Part shown: piece after piece, positions 27,395 through 39,770 of the stretch
Layout of the letters: each line of letters begins with the position of its first letter
Numbering within the stretch: position 1 is the first letter of the stretch
NCBI GenBank assembly: GCA_030265395.1
Contig: JARFYF010000050.1
Span: forward strand, 17,729,051-17,793,050
Reading direction: 5' to 3'
DNA from: Rhina ancylostomus
Lineage: Eukaryota
DNA length: 64,000 nt
Program-made: the position numbers and the translations under genes
The notes under the pieces: generated by a model
The model's database searches: none
Seen by the model: only the letters and a program-made list of their open reading frames with translations
Told to the model about the DNA's origin: nothing

Positions 27395-27585
27395 ACGGGA
27401 CACTTGTTTGGAGTCCAAGAGTCGAATGAACGACTGGGGCACACTGACGTCACGGGCAGGTCACGTGACCTTCCCGCGCGCGGGCTCCACTAGCCCACAA
27501 AGAAAGAGTGCCCCGCGCCATCTTGTGTTGGGGCCTCCGACGACGCTCGCAATCGTGGGAGCCAGTTCATGAAAGGTAAGTCGCC
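27395..27585 (+). promoter_or_regulatory. CpG-dense promoter-like segment with consensus 5' splice site (internal promoter or retroelement terminus)
   Basis: 18 CpGs counted in ~190 bp; TGACGTCA 27445-27452, AGGTCACGTGACCT 27458-27471, CCCGCGCGCGGG 27473-27484, CGCCATCTT 27516-27524, AAG|GTAAGT after 27575. Confidence 0.45.
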
Positions 27586-27721
27586 ACAATCTGGATACAA
27601 ATGTCATTTTTATATTTGAATTGAGACAATATTTTCTATAATGTCCTTAAGAAAGTCCTGATATATATTTAAAATAAAGGTCTGACAAATAAAAATGAGG
27701 ATCTAGCTATTTTTGTACAAC

Positions 27722-28030
27722 ACATAAAACATAGAATGGCATTGGACCAGCCATTCGGCTCACGATCTTGTGTCGATCTTGATGAAGATTTATACTAAAT
27801 GTCCTCCTCTTGTTTATCATCCATATCCATTCATTTCAGATTCATGTGTCTATCTAAAAGCCTCTTCAACTCTAACAAACTCCCTGATTCCACTACTACC
27901 CCTGGTAACCCATTCCAGGCACCTACCACTCTCTGCATAAAAACCTGTCCCTCATGTCGCCTTTAAAATCCCCCCCCCTCCTTAAAACCATGCAATGTCC
28001 TTTTTCTTTTGCATTTCTTGCAGGAAAAAT
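27722..28030 (-). mobile_element. CR1 3' end
   Basis: cataaaacatagaa tail; ttccactactacccctggtaacccattccaggcacctaccactctctg. Confidence 0.8.
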
Positions 28031-28094
28031 ACACAATTTTTTTTGTTTAGTGCAGAATGTATGATTTTGCTGGAGCAGATACAGAGCAACAAAC

Positions 28095-28212
28095 CCTTGC
28101 CTTTATATAGCACCTTTCAGCACTTCAAGCCATCCCAAAGTGCTTCACCACCAGTGTGTTCTTTTGTAGTAAAGCTGCTATTAAAATGTTGGAAATACAA
28201 CAGCCAGTTTAG
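28095..28212 (-). mobile_element. Deu-SINE (SacSINE1-like) 3' tail
   Basis: cttgcctttatatagcacctttca...catcccaaagtgcttcac, the reverse complement of the recalled ...ctttgggatg...tgaaaggtgctatataaatgcaag tail. Confidence 0.65.
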
Positions 28213-28499
28213 ACAAGAAGATTCTAGTTTTAATCCTTGGCATGCGACAAATTGATTTGTTCAACCAAAACAGTTAAGGTACATCCTGAATTGGCTTCAG
28301 AATTCTTGGACGAGGAAAAGGGAAATCATTGTGGATTTTGGTTAGTCTTGTTGCCTGGTAACCCCTACGGAAAAGATTGTGTCAATACATGCTTCCCTTA
28401 TTTGCTCTGCTATAAGATAGCTTGAACTAGACTGCTTCAAGTCTCAGTGCGTATATGACTCTGAGGTGAGCTTAGCCCCAAATATTCTCCATGACAAAA

Positions 28500-29090
28500 T
28501 CTATCTCCTTTAAATTCCTTGACCTTGCTGCTCCTCCTAGTGCCTTTGCCCATCTGCGACTCAAACTCTCTTTCTTTTAAATCACCCTTAGACTAGATTA
28601 TCCCAATGGTCTCCTGGATGCTTCCCATCTCCCAGCTCATCCAAAACACTGCCTCCCATTTCCCATACTTTACTAATCAATCTGATTCTTGTTACTCCAA
28701 CAAATCAATTTAAAATTCTCAATATTGTGTTTAAATTCTTAATGTTTTCTCATTTTCCCCTTGTCTGCAGCCTGTTCTAGATCTACAACTTATTCCCCAT
28801 ATCTCCCATGTTGCTCTGACTCTCACCTCTTGTATAAAGCTCTTCGTCTTTGCCCCACATTTGACAAGTGTGCATCACATTGTCCAGGACTCATATTTTA
28901 GAATTCATTCTGTGAAGTATTCCATCTCACAATTTCTCTATTCTTTTTCATTGTCACCATTAATATCTGATTCACCAAGCTACTGGTCACACATATCTCC
29001 TTTTGGCAAAAGCCCATTTTAGTCTCACAATGCTTTTTTCAAACAACTTGGACATTTATTAGTAGTAAAGGAGCTGTGTAAGGGCATGTT
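28500..29090 (+). mobile_element. Old L2-like LINE 3' remnant
   Basis: tagactagattatcccaatggtctcctgg...catccaaaacactgc...tttaaaattctc (RLDY.N.LL / IQN / FKIL pattern). Confidence 0.6.
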
Positions 29091-30464
29091 TTCTTCATTC
29101 AGTAAGATTGTTTCTGTTATTTAAAACATTCCCCATCTTCCCATTCTAATATTTTTCTTACACACATACAAACTGCTTTAACACTCATCTTGAAGAGAAG
29201 CTAGTTAGGTCAGCTACTTGAACTCTTACAGAGCAAGTTGTCCTGTCCTGGGACTTCTTTCTTTGGGCAGCAACATAGCTTTGTATGCCCATGTTCTGCT
29301 TTAATTGACTAACACTGTCCTTGATGTGCCAGTTAGAGGACTGTAAAAATCCACCTTCCTATTTTTTCAAGGCTGCAGCTTTTAAATGCACGATGTTTAC
29401 ATGATGAAGGTTATGTAATTTATTGCATTCATTTTCTTTCTGTAATTTCGTCCAAGGCTAGGTGCCTCAGATTGTAGCTGTAGATCATTGGAATATTTAG
29501 TTTGGAAGTAAGCTGGGATGTATTCTACCTTATTCCCAATTTTCTTTTTGGTTTTGCTTACATCTTGCATCTCAGATAATGGTAGCAAACTACAATGACA
29601 AGCACTTCTGCGATGCAGGATTGTTCAGAATTACTGGGTTTGTTAAGCCATTTTTTCAATTCTAAGATAGCCCACAATATTCCTGCCCTTTTCAATACTT
29701 TCATTGGTTGGCAGTTGATACAAGTTAAGTTGAATCCTCCTAGAATTGCCTGTACTGCTGGCTATTTTGGTTGGATCTTCAGCTGAGATCCAGTAGGTAC
29801 TAGGGATCAGTTGTTTAATAATGATCCTTAAGGATTGCCTTGGAAACTCCCAGCATAAGCTATTTTAATCATTTCCTGAAGAAAATATGAAATAAAAGGC
29901 TTCAGTAATAGGAAAACTATGGGGGAAATGATGAGTTATTCCTTTAAAACATGGTTGGATTGTCCCGTTATTAAAAAGGGTGATGTTTAATTGTGCTAAG
30001 TTCACTGCAAATCTTCTCAAATATTTTATTCACTCATTGCACTGTGAGGTCATAATAGTAATTGCATTGAAAAATAGACAGTTTATCACGGTGCACAAGA
30101 TATACTGAATCCAGCCAAAATGTTGAATGTTGTTGCTACATTCCCCAAATATAGCAGGGTCATCGAGTCATGCAGCATGGAATCAGGCCATTCAGCCTAC
30201 CAGATCCGTGCCAACCATTGGNNNNNNNNNNNNNNNNNNNNNNNNNNNNNNNNNNNNNNNNNNNNNNNNNNNNNNNNNNNNNNNNNNNNNNNNNNNNNNN
30301 NNNNNNNNNNNNNNNNNNNNNCACAGACCATCGGAATTGTGAATCGTCCAGTCCAAGCAGTGTTGCTCTGTGGTGGGAGTTCTTTCTCTCCTCACTGCTG
30401 TTGAAGGAGTTTATAATTTGATACAAAAAATTAAACATTTGAATAATTTTCCCAGTAAAATCCC

Positions 30465-31322
30465 CTGTGCACCAGTGTGTCCCACAACCTGAAAAGCCAT
30501 GTTCTCCCAGTTAATCCCATGTTCCAGTACTTGGCCTGTAGCCTCTATGCCAAGGCAATTTAAGTGCTCACCAAGATATAGCTTAACTGCTGTCAGCAAA
30601 TCTGCTTCCACCTCTCTCTCAGCCAGTGTATTGACGGTGGTCCCCACTCCCTGGGTGAAAAAGATCCTCCTCAGATTCCATCTAAATCTAGATCTATGTC
30701 CTCTACTTTTATTCATTTCTGATAAGGAGAAAAGTTTCCTGCTGTCAACTCCATCTATACCTCTCACAATTTTATATACCACAATCATGTCCCCACTTAA
30801 CTAGCTTCTCTCCAGGAAAGTAGACCCTGGCTCTCCAGTCTCTCCTCATAACAGAAATGCTCCATCCTTGGCAACATCCTGGTGAATCTCCTCTGCACAA
30901 TCTCCATCGCTACCACATCTTTCATGTCATATGGTGACCAGAACTGCACGCAGTACTGCAGCTGGGATCTGACTAACATTTCACAAAGTTAGAGCATAAC
31001 CTCCCTGCTCTTGTATTCAATGCCCCAACTCATGACAGCCAGTATCCCATTGGCCATTGTAACCACGTCATGTTCTGTGCTGCCACCATCAAGGATCCTT
31101 GGACTTGCATGCTGAGGTCCCTCTGTTTGTCAATTTCCCCTTGGACCTTACCGTTCATGGTGCATGTCTGAGCCTCAGTGGTACTCCCAAAATGTATCAC
31201 CTTGTATTTATCAGGATTAAACTCCATCTGCCATTTCTCAGTTCATTTCACCAACACATCAATTCACCCTGTAGCCCAAGACAATCCTCCACACTGTCAA
31301 CAACTCCATCAAATTTCATGTC
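30465..31322 (-). mobile_element. CR1-clade LINE 3' fragment
   Basis: Minus strand MEFNPDKYKVIHFG, LVRSQLQYCVQFWSP, YEERL. Confidence 0.92.
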
Positions 31323-31560
31323 TTGGTTGTAATCCATCCTTATCTTGACCCAGATCAAAATTTTATAATTTTTTTCTCTGATATAATTAAAAGGAAACTC
31401 CAACTTATGGTTATGGCAGGTTTAAATAGCATTGTGTGAGCCACATGCAAAAAGGTATCAACACCTTTTTTTAAAGTTCAAAATATGCAGTTGTTTGTAA
31501 CGGTCAGAGCAATCAACAATGAATTTTAAATTGGAAATGCAAAGCTGCTAATTAAAACTA

Positions 31561-32141
31561 CAGGCAGTCCCCAGGTTACAACAGGGTTCTGTTCCCGGTA
31601 GCTGTTTGTAATCTGAATTTTTCGTAAGTGAGAAATGAACAAAAACATTGTGTGGGAAAGGATCACAGAAACAGCTGTGATAGCAGAGCAAGCAGGCATG
31701 GGAAGAGTGGCCTCCAGCTGGCCTCACTGACTTAGTGAGTGAGTTGAGTCTGCTCGGTGCTCCCGACTCTCCTCAGTTCAACCCAGCCCCCATTGTTGTG
31801 GCTTGGAGTTGGGTGGGGAGAGAAGACACATGGAAGTACTTCATTCCCACCCAGCAGAAGATGCCTGTAGCCCTGCAGCAGCAGGCAAATCCAAATACAA
31901 ACAGCTGGCACAGCAGCTCAAACCATTAATTCCCACTAAAAATCTTGCCTCCACCTCAACAGCAACCAGCTGCGTGGTCAGGCTCTGACCACACTGCCTA
32001 ACTCCAAATCACTTGATTCACCTGTGAAGCTCAGTTGTAAAGTTAGGGAAGCTTAACTTGTTTCAAATATTGTTTAAAAATTAATCAGAAAATTTTAGTG
32101 AGTCAGCTTGTTCGGATGTACGGGTGTCTGGGGATAGCCTG
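31561..32141 (+). mobile_element. Tc1/mariner-superfamily (Tigger/pogo-like) non-autonomous DNA transposon
   Basis: TA|CAGGCAGTCCCCAG ... CTGGGGATAGCCTG|TA: terminal inverted repeats 12/14 identical, TA target duplication; body shared with 43966-44368. Confidence 0.8.
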
Positions 32142-33269
32142 TATTTAAATACTCATTTGTCTTTATCTGAAGTACAGCTCAACCTGACCCAAGTTTGTTG
32201 AGATATGGTGATGTAAGTTTTTCTCCCTTTTGTCTGTAAAATATCACATGGATGAGACTAACATGTCACTTTAATATTGGCTTTCACTGCCAGTGTAGTG
32301 GAATTTGCTTCATTTTATTATTGTAAAGCTAATGCAACAATAGTATCAGTGACATTAAACAAGTTTAATAGTTACTTAAATGCACAAGCTACAAATTTTA
32401 GTGCTGACTGCAGTCTTGCAAATGAACCAGCAAGTTAGCATTCAGGTTCCCCAGAACTATATCAAATGTTAAGTGATACACCAAAAATTTACGGCGTTGC
32501 CAACCTGCTAAATCCAAGAAGAAAATCATAGCTCGTAATTTGCAACTAAAGTCTGAACGGGTAGAAGCTTGGAACTCATGTAATGATCATAACAATTTAG
32601 TGCTCTTGAAGGATGCTGCTGAAACGTTTCAGTATTTACTATTAGTTATTAATCAGCAAAAATGTGGATGCCTCACTGCTGACTACAAATTATGGACCAG
32701 TGTAGTTGTAAGTTGAAAGGATTCTTCAATTCAATGCACTGCTTTTATACATGTGTTGTAGTTAACATCTAAAAACAGCACAAAATCTTTTGAAGTCACA
32801 GCAGAAGTATAATTGTGTAATTCAGTGGTGATAATCCAAAAAGCAGCTGCATTTACTTTCACTGTTCAACATTATCAGGAAGAAAACGATCTATTTCATA
32901 CCCTCCTATGTTCTTTCCCAGATGCCATCTTTACCAACAATAAAAGTATACAGTGTTGTTTTGGCATAGCGTTGGAAAGCAAAACAGCCTTTCTGCTTAA
33001 AAATGTATTTTCTAAGAATAATGCCATTCTCAATTTAAATATAAGAAGTAGAGAAAATTAGATAGTTCTTTCAAAGAGCAAGTGCTAGTGTAGTGAATGA
33101 AAGGACACTGGTCAACTTTCTACTGCTCTAAACAAATGCTGAAATGTCCAGCCCAAATGTACCACTGTTATGAGAGGGTTTTTCAGAAACATTAGCAGGA
33201 ATGAAGAAAAGACAGCTTGGCTTTCAAGAGGCCATTTACTGAATGGTTTTTAACAATACTGCACTTGGA

Positions 33270-33760
33270 AGAATCATGTCAGCTTCCTAGATTACAGTCA
33301 CTGACTTAATGTGCACCACATGATGTACATATGTCAGAGCTCTGGGATGCAGAAGGGTTTGGGTGACGTAGTGTATGATCCACAAAAGGCCTGTGTGCAG
33401 ATATAGCAAATAATTTGGAAAGCTAATAAAATGTTATTGTTAATTGTAAGGGAAATTGAATACAAAGATAGGGAGTCTATGCTTCAGTTATACAGGCATG
33501 ATTTGTGAGATCACATCTCTTCTTCTACGTCTCTCAATGGCAGCATGTTCCAAGTCATTACCACTTGCTGCATTAGAAAGTTCTTCTTCACATCTCTTGA
33601 ACCTTAAACCTGTGTCTCCAACTCCTTCTACCATCAGCGGACAGCTTTTCTTTCTTTATATAATCTGAACAGTCGTGATCTTGTACACCTCCATTAAGTC
33701 TTCCTTCAGCCACCTTTGCTCCAAGAAGAACAAACCCAACTTCTCCATTTTAACCTGGTG
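33270..33760. mobile_element. Two old CR1 fragments in opposite orientation
   Basis: + strand ggaaattgaatacaaagatagggagtctatgcttcagttatacagg to ~33520, then a - strand piece cttgtacacctccattaagtct...ctccaagaagaacaaacccaacttctcc. Confidence 0.6.
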
Positions 33761-34117
33761 GATAAAATTACGATAATGGTTCTGGGTCATTGACAAGGGT
33801 CAAATGAATTAATGATGAAGATTGAAATTGACATGGAGGTTTGCTGGATTCACAGTTTAGGAATTTATTTGTGCCAGTTTGACAGTGTTATAGTGTATTT
33901 GAACTTCCCTAACATGGTTTGAAAAAGTTCTGCAAGGATAGCACATTTGATTTGCCTCGATTCAAAATAGAGTTATCAGACTTCCACTATAACTCTACTC
34001 TGTTTCAGGATGAGCAAGTATTACCAGTTGAATTTCTCAGGCTGCCGGCACTTATCCCCACAGTCCTTAAAGGGTCATATCACAATGTAGGAAACACCCT
34101 ACCAGCTACTGGCACCA

Positions 34118-34300
34118 GGTGGCACAGTGGCACAGTGGCACAGCGATCCAGGTTCAATCTTGAACACAGGTGCTGTATGTGTGGATTTGCACATTCTCTC
34201 TGTCACTGCGAGGTTTTTTGTCGCGTGCTCTAGTTTCCTTCCACTCAGAAAGACATGCTGGTATATTAATTGGCTGGATGCAAACTGTCCCCAGTGCAGG
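34118..34300 (+). mobile_element. V-SINE (HE1-like)
   Basis: ggtggcacagtggc head, ggttcaatc B-box, V-domain tgtgtggatttgcacattctct...tttccttccactcagaaagacatgc. Confidence 0.85.
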
Positions 34301-35475
34301 TGGCCGCCAAAGTAGACGGCAGATCTCCGAAATTGCCCCCAGAGTAGATGGTACAGGCTGCTGAAGAACAGTGAACAGAGGAGGAAGCCTCCTTCTCCAC
34401 ATGCGCTTTTGGCAGGAAATTTCCAGAGAAGTGTGTTCAAGGGCAAGAGTTCACTCTCTGAATGCCTGCACTTTTGGGATCTCTCCAATGCAGCCAAGTG
34501 CCCTGTCAACTCTAAATCCTGAAGCTGCATTAAAGCAACACAGCAGCAAGCAGCATAGAAACAGCTTGGAAGGGTCCTGAGGCAAGGAGTTGAAGAGAGG
34601 ATGACCTTGACTTTGATTCTGAGACACTTGTTTGAGCTTGGATTGCAGATTTCCAGAGGTCATAGATGTGATTGAGGTTGACTTGTGGAAGAGCAGCCTG
34701 CCTAGATGTTGCTATCATGGGAAGTGTCAATTCGATGGTCACTCCCTGTGAAGTTGGGTGGAGAAGATGTTGGTGCCATCTCTTTTATCAGCTATCTTTC
34801 TCATGTGTTATTTAATTCATTGTCCACCTTCTGTTTTTGAAGGATTTCCTCTGGCGTTACTGGCCAAGTGTTTTGAGGGAACCTGCTATAACAATTTGGT
34901 GGACTGACTCTGTTTTGTAGAGTAGCATTGGTTATAACTGCAGGGAAAATGAGTCTGCCATTTTAAATAATGCAGCTGCAGAGCTTTCAGTTTTAGTGAA
35001 TCCTGCTCCTTCTGTGAGTGAATAATACCATTCATTATTTGACTAACATGCACTGGATTTCTCTGTTGTCATTTGGGTGGGTCAAATGCCAAAAGGAGAG
35101 TACAGGAAAATCTCACATCAGAAAAACTATTGCATTAATGAATGGTATTGTCTTGCAGAAACGTACACTAAATTTCTTCATGCCACATTAACACAAGTTT
35201 GGCCTGCGTAGTGCTGGGATTATGCAGACAGATTTCTTGGCCCCACTTGGTTTTCATTAGAAATAGAAGAGAACATCTAATAAAAATTGAAGACCTCCTG
35301 TCTAAAGCTTAATGTTGAATCATTGTACATGTTAATTCCTTCAAAATCTTTGCTCCAGACATCCATTAGTTTACAAGACAAACCTGCGGTTTATAAAATA
35401 CAAATTCTCAATTGCACACAACATTTAAAAATGGTTCCTTTCAAAGGTTATTTTTGTCTTTTTGTGTCTTTAAAG

Positions 35476-35587
35476 ATACAGGTGCTCCAGCTGACCCCAT
35501 TGCTCCAGTTATAATTATCTCACCAAAGAACACAAGTGCAGTCTTGGGATCTCCTGAGGTTACAATGGAATGTGTGGCCAATGCCAG
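35476..35587 (+). CDS. sdk2: Sidekick-2 exon, start of Ig3
   Basis: taaag| ... AG|gttagt; 112 nt, phase 1->2; (N)[36 protein letters not shown](R); phase matches both neighbours. Confidence 0.95.
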
Positions 35588-37466
35588 GTTAGTACTTCAT
35601 ATTTCCACCTTACTTTGTTTCATATGAAAATAATTGGTAAAAATGTGTTTCCAACAATTTCTTTCGAAAGAACACTGATTTATCATGAAAAGGAAGATTT
35701 ATAGATTTAGTTAACGAGCAGAATGGCAGTAAATCTTTTATTCTGAAGACATTGCTTTTGTAGAGTTTCAAATAATCAGTCCTGGACAACAGTGTCACAA
35801 ATTTTATTGGTTTAATACTAATGCAATCAACTTTTGAAATAGTTTTCATAAATCATATGAACTGCTTTTTGAATGATTGATAAACAACTAACTTTAAAAA
35901 AACATAGATTCTGTTTGGAAGGCATGTGGGTGAAATTTCATAGCAGACACAATTGGTTGAGTTCCAGAATAACCAAAAGTAACACTATCTTTCTCATTAC
36001 CTCTCTTTCATGTGTACTGTTACTGTGTCACTCTGAGCTTCAAGTGTCAAAGCTGAATTGGAAAGCACTGTAAATCTCTGTAGTGCATGAGAAAAGGAGC
36101 TCAATACTTTTATACAAATCAAAATTGGTCTCTCTGCTTGATTGGTTTCTTGCTGTTTTACAAAATGAAACCATTAATTTTGGGAGCAGTCTGAAAAGTG
36201 GAAAGCCAAGTCCACAGGTACACAGGTGATGAAAGCTCAGTTAATTGATTTTGTTCTGAAGCACTCTCCTGTTGGAAAAAGGACAAGGAAGGAGATATGG
36301 CTGCCTGATGTGTGTTCTGTTATACATTAAATATCTCTCAATGATTGGGAAATATTTAATGTTGAGAATCAATGAGGACTAATGCTCACCAAGATTGTTA
36401 GGCACAAAACAATGGTTGCCAAGCCCTTGGGCTGTTATTGGAATTATTTTGGACATCAGTGACTTCATTATTTTTATAGTCCACAACATCCAAAATGGAA
36501 TATTTGGTTCTGCTTGACCAAGCTTTACAAATCCCACTTCCACTCATGATTAATCCCAGATGGTTAATCCCAGATGGGACACCAGTATATTTTGTTTACG
36601 TCACTTTTGGGCAGGTCAACAAAATTAGTATGCTCCTATCTTTTTTTATTCCCGAGGAATACAAACCGCCAACTTGGCACCAACAAATTTGCACTTTTGG
36701 GTGTTAAGTGAAATGGCAGCAAGTCCAATCGTGCAGTTTAAAATAATCAGCAATATTGAAAATTTCACAGCTTTAGTACCTACAAAGATTGGAGATTTTA
36801 TTTTGACTTCACATTGTTTCTGCCAGAAAAGTATATAAAGGCTGAATTTCCACAACCAAATTATGATCTGCTGAATATTTCGAGCATTTTCTGTCCTTGA
36901 TTCAGAGTGATTGTGTATTTCATATGGTCCATCACATGATGAGCTGATGTCTACCTCTCTGCTGGCTGTGAAGAGGNNNNNNNNNNNNNNNNNNNNNNNN
37001 NNNNNNNNNNNNNNNNNNNNNNNNNNNNNNNNNNNNNNNNNNNNNNNNNNNNNNNNNNNNNNNNNNNNNNNNNNNNNNNNNNNNNNNNNNNNNNNNNNNN
37101 NNNNNNNNNNNNNNNNNNNNNNNNNNNNNNNNNNNNNNNNNNNNNNNNNNNNNNNNNNNNNNNNNNNNNNNNNNNNNNNNNNNNNNNNNNNNNNNNNNNN
37201 NNNNNNNNNNNNNNNNNNNNNNNNNNNNNNNNNNNNNNNNNNNNNNNNNNNNNNNNNNNNNNNNNNNNNNNNNNNNNNNNNNNNNNNNNNNNNNNNNNNN
37301 NNNNNNNNNNNNNNNNNNNNNNNNNNNNNNNNNNNNNNNNNNNNNNNNNNNNNNNNNNNNNNNNNNNNNNNNNNNNNNNNNNNNNNNNNNNNNNNNNNNN
37401 NNNNNNNNNNNNNNNNNNNNNNNNNNNNNNNNNNNNNNNNNNNNNNNNNNNNNNNNNNNNNNNNNN

Positions 37467-37620
37467 GTTCCTGGCCACACACCTGACCATGTTCCCCATG
37501 ACATTCCATCTGCACATTGCCCCTGTAGCTATCTCTGCTCCATCCGCACACCCGGACTTGTTCCTGGCTGTGCTCCATCTGCACACTTGGTTCAGTTCTT
37601 GGCTGTGCTCCTGCCCATTC
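37467..37620 (+). repeat. Degenerate ~34-35 bp tandem repeat next to gap
   Basis: Recurring gttcctggctgtgctccatctgcacac variants, about 4-5 units. Confidence 0.6.
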
Positions 37621-38384
37621 TCCCAGCCATGCAGTGATCCTCACTTCCCACGGGAGCTACCCTTGGGATCAGTGGGAACCACCACAGGCATTGGACACTG
37701 CTATGAAGACTACTGATCAAGGTGAAGAATCTCCTGTGGCATTTTCATCATATTTAATATTATACATGTATTTATGACCATGGGTTTACTTCCCCCATAC
37801 ACAAATGGAAATAATTTCTCTTTACGTACTCAATGAAACCCTCTCAGAATGTTATAGATTTCTGTCCTGTCACTTTCATTCTTCATAGTTCTTGAGAAAA
37901 GAACCTGATGTACATACACAGTCTTAGTAACATCCTGCAAATCCTTTTTGCACCTTCCCATTGCGTGTGTCTATATTATAGAGACAACCAAATGAAAATC
38001 ACCTCAACCCTCTTCCCTCACCACAGCAAAACTGTTAACTTTCTGCTAGAGTGCAAGAGAATAAAAGTACAATGCACATAGATTTCTGTCCTAGTTTCTA
38101 CTGTTTGAACAAAATGAAAACTGTTACCTTAGGATTTGCAAAGGTTCATCAGTGAAGTCTCATTAATCCTTTTGCAGTAAGCAGTGGAAAAAGTGCAACT
38201 TTTGTTGATCATTCACATTTCTTCATCAGTGAAGTCAGTCTCTTCAGAATCCAAATATTAATAAGTATGGTGGTGACTCCAAACCGCAGAGTGAAGTGAT
38301 GTCTATGAGCATTGCGTGAACAGACTTGTAATTATGAATACAGTAATGTTTGAACATGTGCATGGAGCACATCAGCAGTAACTC

Positions 38385-39770
38385 ACAGAACACCAAGGTA
38401 CAAGTGAAAAGCTTGTCTTGCATACCGATCGTACATGTCAATTCATTACACATTGGGTTAGTACAGAGTGCATTGATGTAGTACAGGTAAAAACAATAAC
38501 AGTACNNNNNNNNNNNNNNNNNNNNNNNNNNNNNNNNNNNNNNNNNNNNNNNNNNNNNNNNNNNNNNNNNNNNNNNNNNNNNNNNNNNNNNNNNNNNNNN
38601 NNNNNCAGTTACAGAGGGAGGTGTTGAGTCCTAGGTCTTGGAGTTTGGTGACAAGTTTGCTTGGGATTATTGTATTGAAGGCGGAGCTGTAGTCAATAAA
38701 CAATAGTCTAATGTAGGTGTCTTTATTGTCCAGATGCTCCAGAGCTGAGTGTAGGGCCAGGGAAATGGTGTCCACTGTAGACCTGTTTCGGTGATAGGCG
38801 AATGGCAGTGGGTCCAGGTCTTCCGGGAGGCTGGAGTTGATGTGTACTAGGACGAGCATCTCAAAGCACTTCATGATGGTGGATGTCAAAGCCACTGGTC
38901 GGTAGTCATTGAGGCATGCTACCTTGCTTTTTTTTGGTACTGGGATGATAATGGTCTTCTTAAAACAGGTGTGAACCTGAGACTGAAGCAGGGAGAGGTT
39001 AAATATGTCTACAAATACTTCTGCAAGCTGGTAATCCAAGATCTGAGCACACAGCCAGGGACATCATCTGGGCCAAATGCTTTCCTCGTGTTCCTGCTCT
39101 GGAAGACTGATCTTATGTCCTCAACGGTGACTACGGGTTCAGTTGCATTGGAGGCTGTGAGGGTGGGTAGTACAATCCACTTCCCTTCTGTTCAAAATGT
39201 GCATAGAATGCATTAAACTCATCAGGAAGGGATGCGCTGTTGTTAACTACGCAGCCTGTCTTCGTCTTGTAGCCCGTTATTTCATGTAAGCCCTGCCATA
39301 ACTGACGGCTGATCAGGGACTCTATTTTGAGTCGGTATTGCCTCTTGGCATCTCTGATATCTTTCCGAAGGTCATACCTCGATTTCTTGTACAGGTCAGG
39401 ATCACCAGATTTGTGTGCAGCAGTCCTCCACTTCAGTAGGGAGTGGATCTCCCGGTTCATCCATAGTTTCCTATTTGGGAACACCTGTATTGTCCTCTTT
39501 GGTACACAGTCCTCCACACACTTGCTGATAAAGTCCGTGATGTGGTGACATACTCATCTGGGCTGGCAGCTGAGTCTTTGAACATGGACCAGTCCACTGA
39601 CTCAAAGCAGGTAGAAGCTCATCTGCTTCCTCAGATCAGCACTGCACAACTCTCTGTACCAGATCCTCCCGTTTCAGTTTCTGTTTGTATGCAGGGAGAA
39701 GGAGCACAGCCTGGTGGTCTGATTTCCCAAAGTGAGGACGAGGGGGTGGCTCGGAAGGCATCTTTGATGG
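38385..39770 (-). mobile_element. Rex1/Babar LINE, decayed (endonuclease end + RT + 3' UTR, with gap)
   Basis: Minus strand [55 protein letters not shown]. Confidence 0.93.

Noticed and set aside
34118-34165. tRNA-like A/B boxes here and at 58541-58600
   Set aside because: They are SINE heads with no full cloverleaf, followed by V-domain sequence.
37467-37620. CRISPR-like periodicity
   Set aside because: Degenerate tandem units with no unique spacers and no cas genes, in a vertebrate intron.
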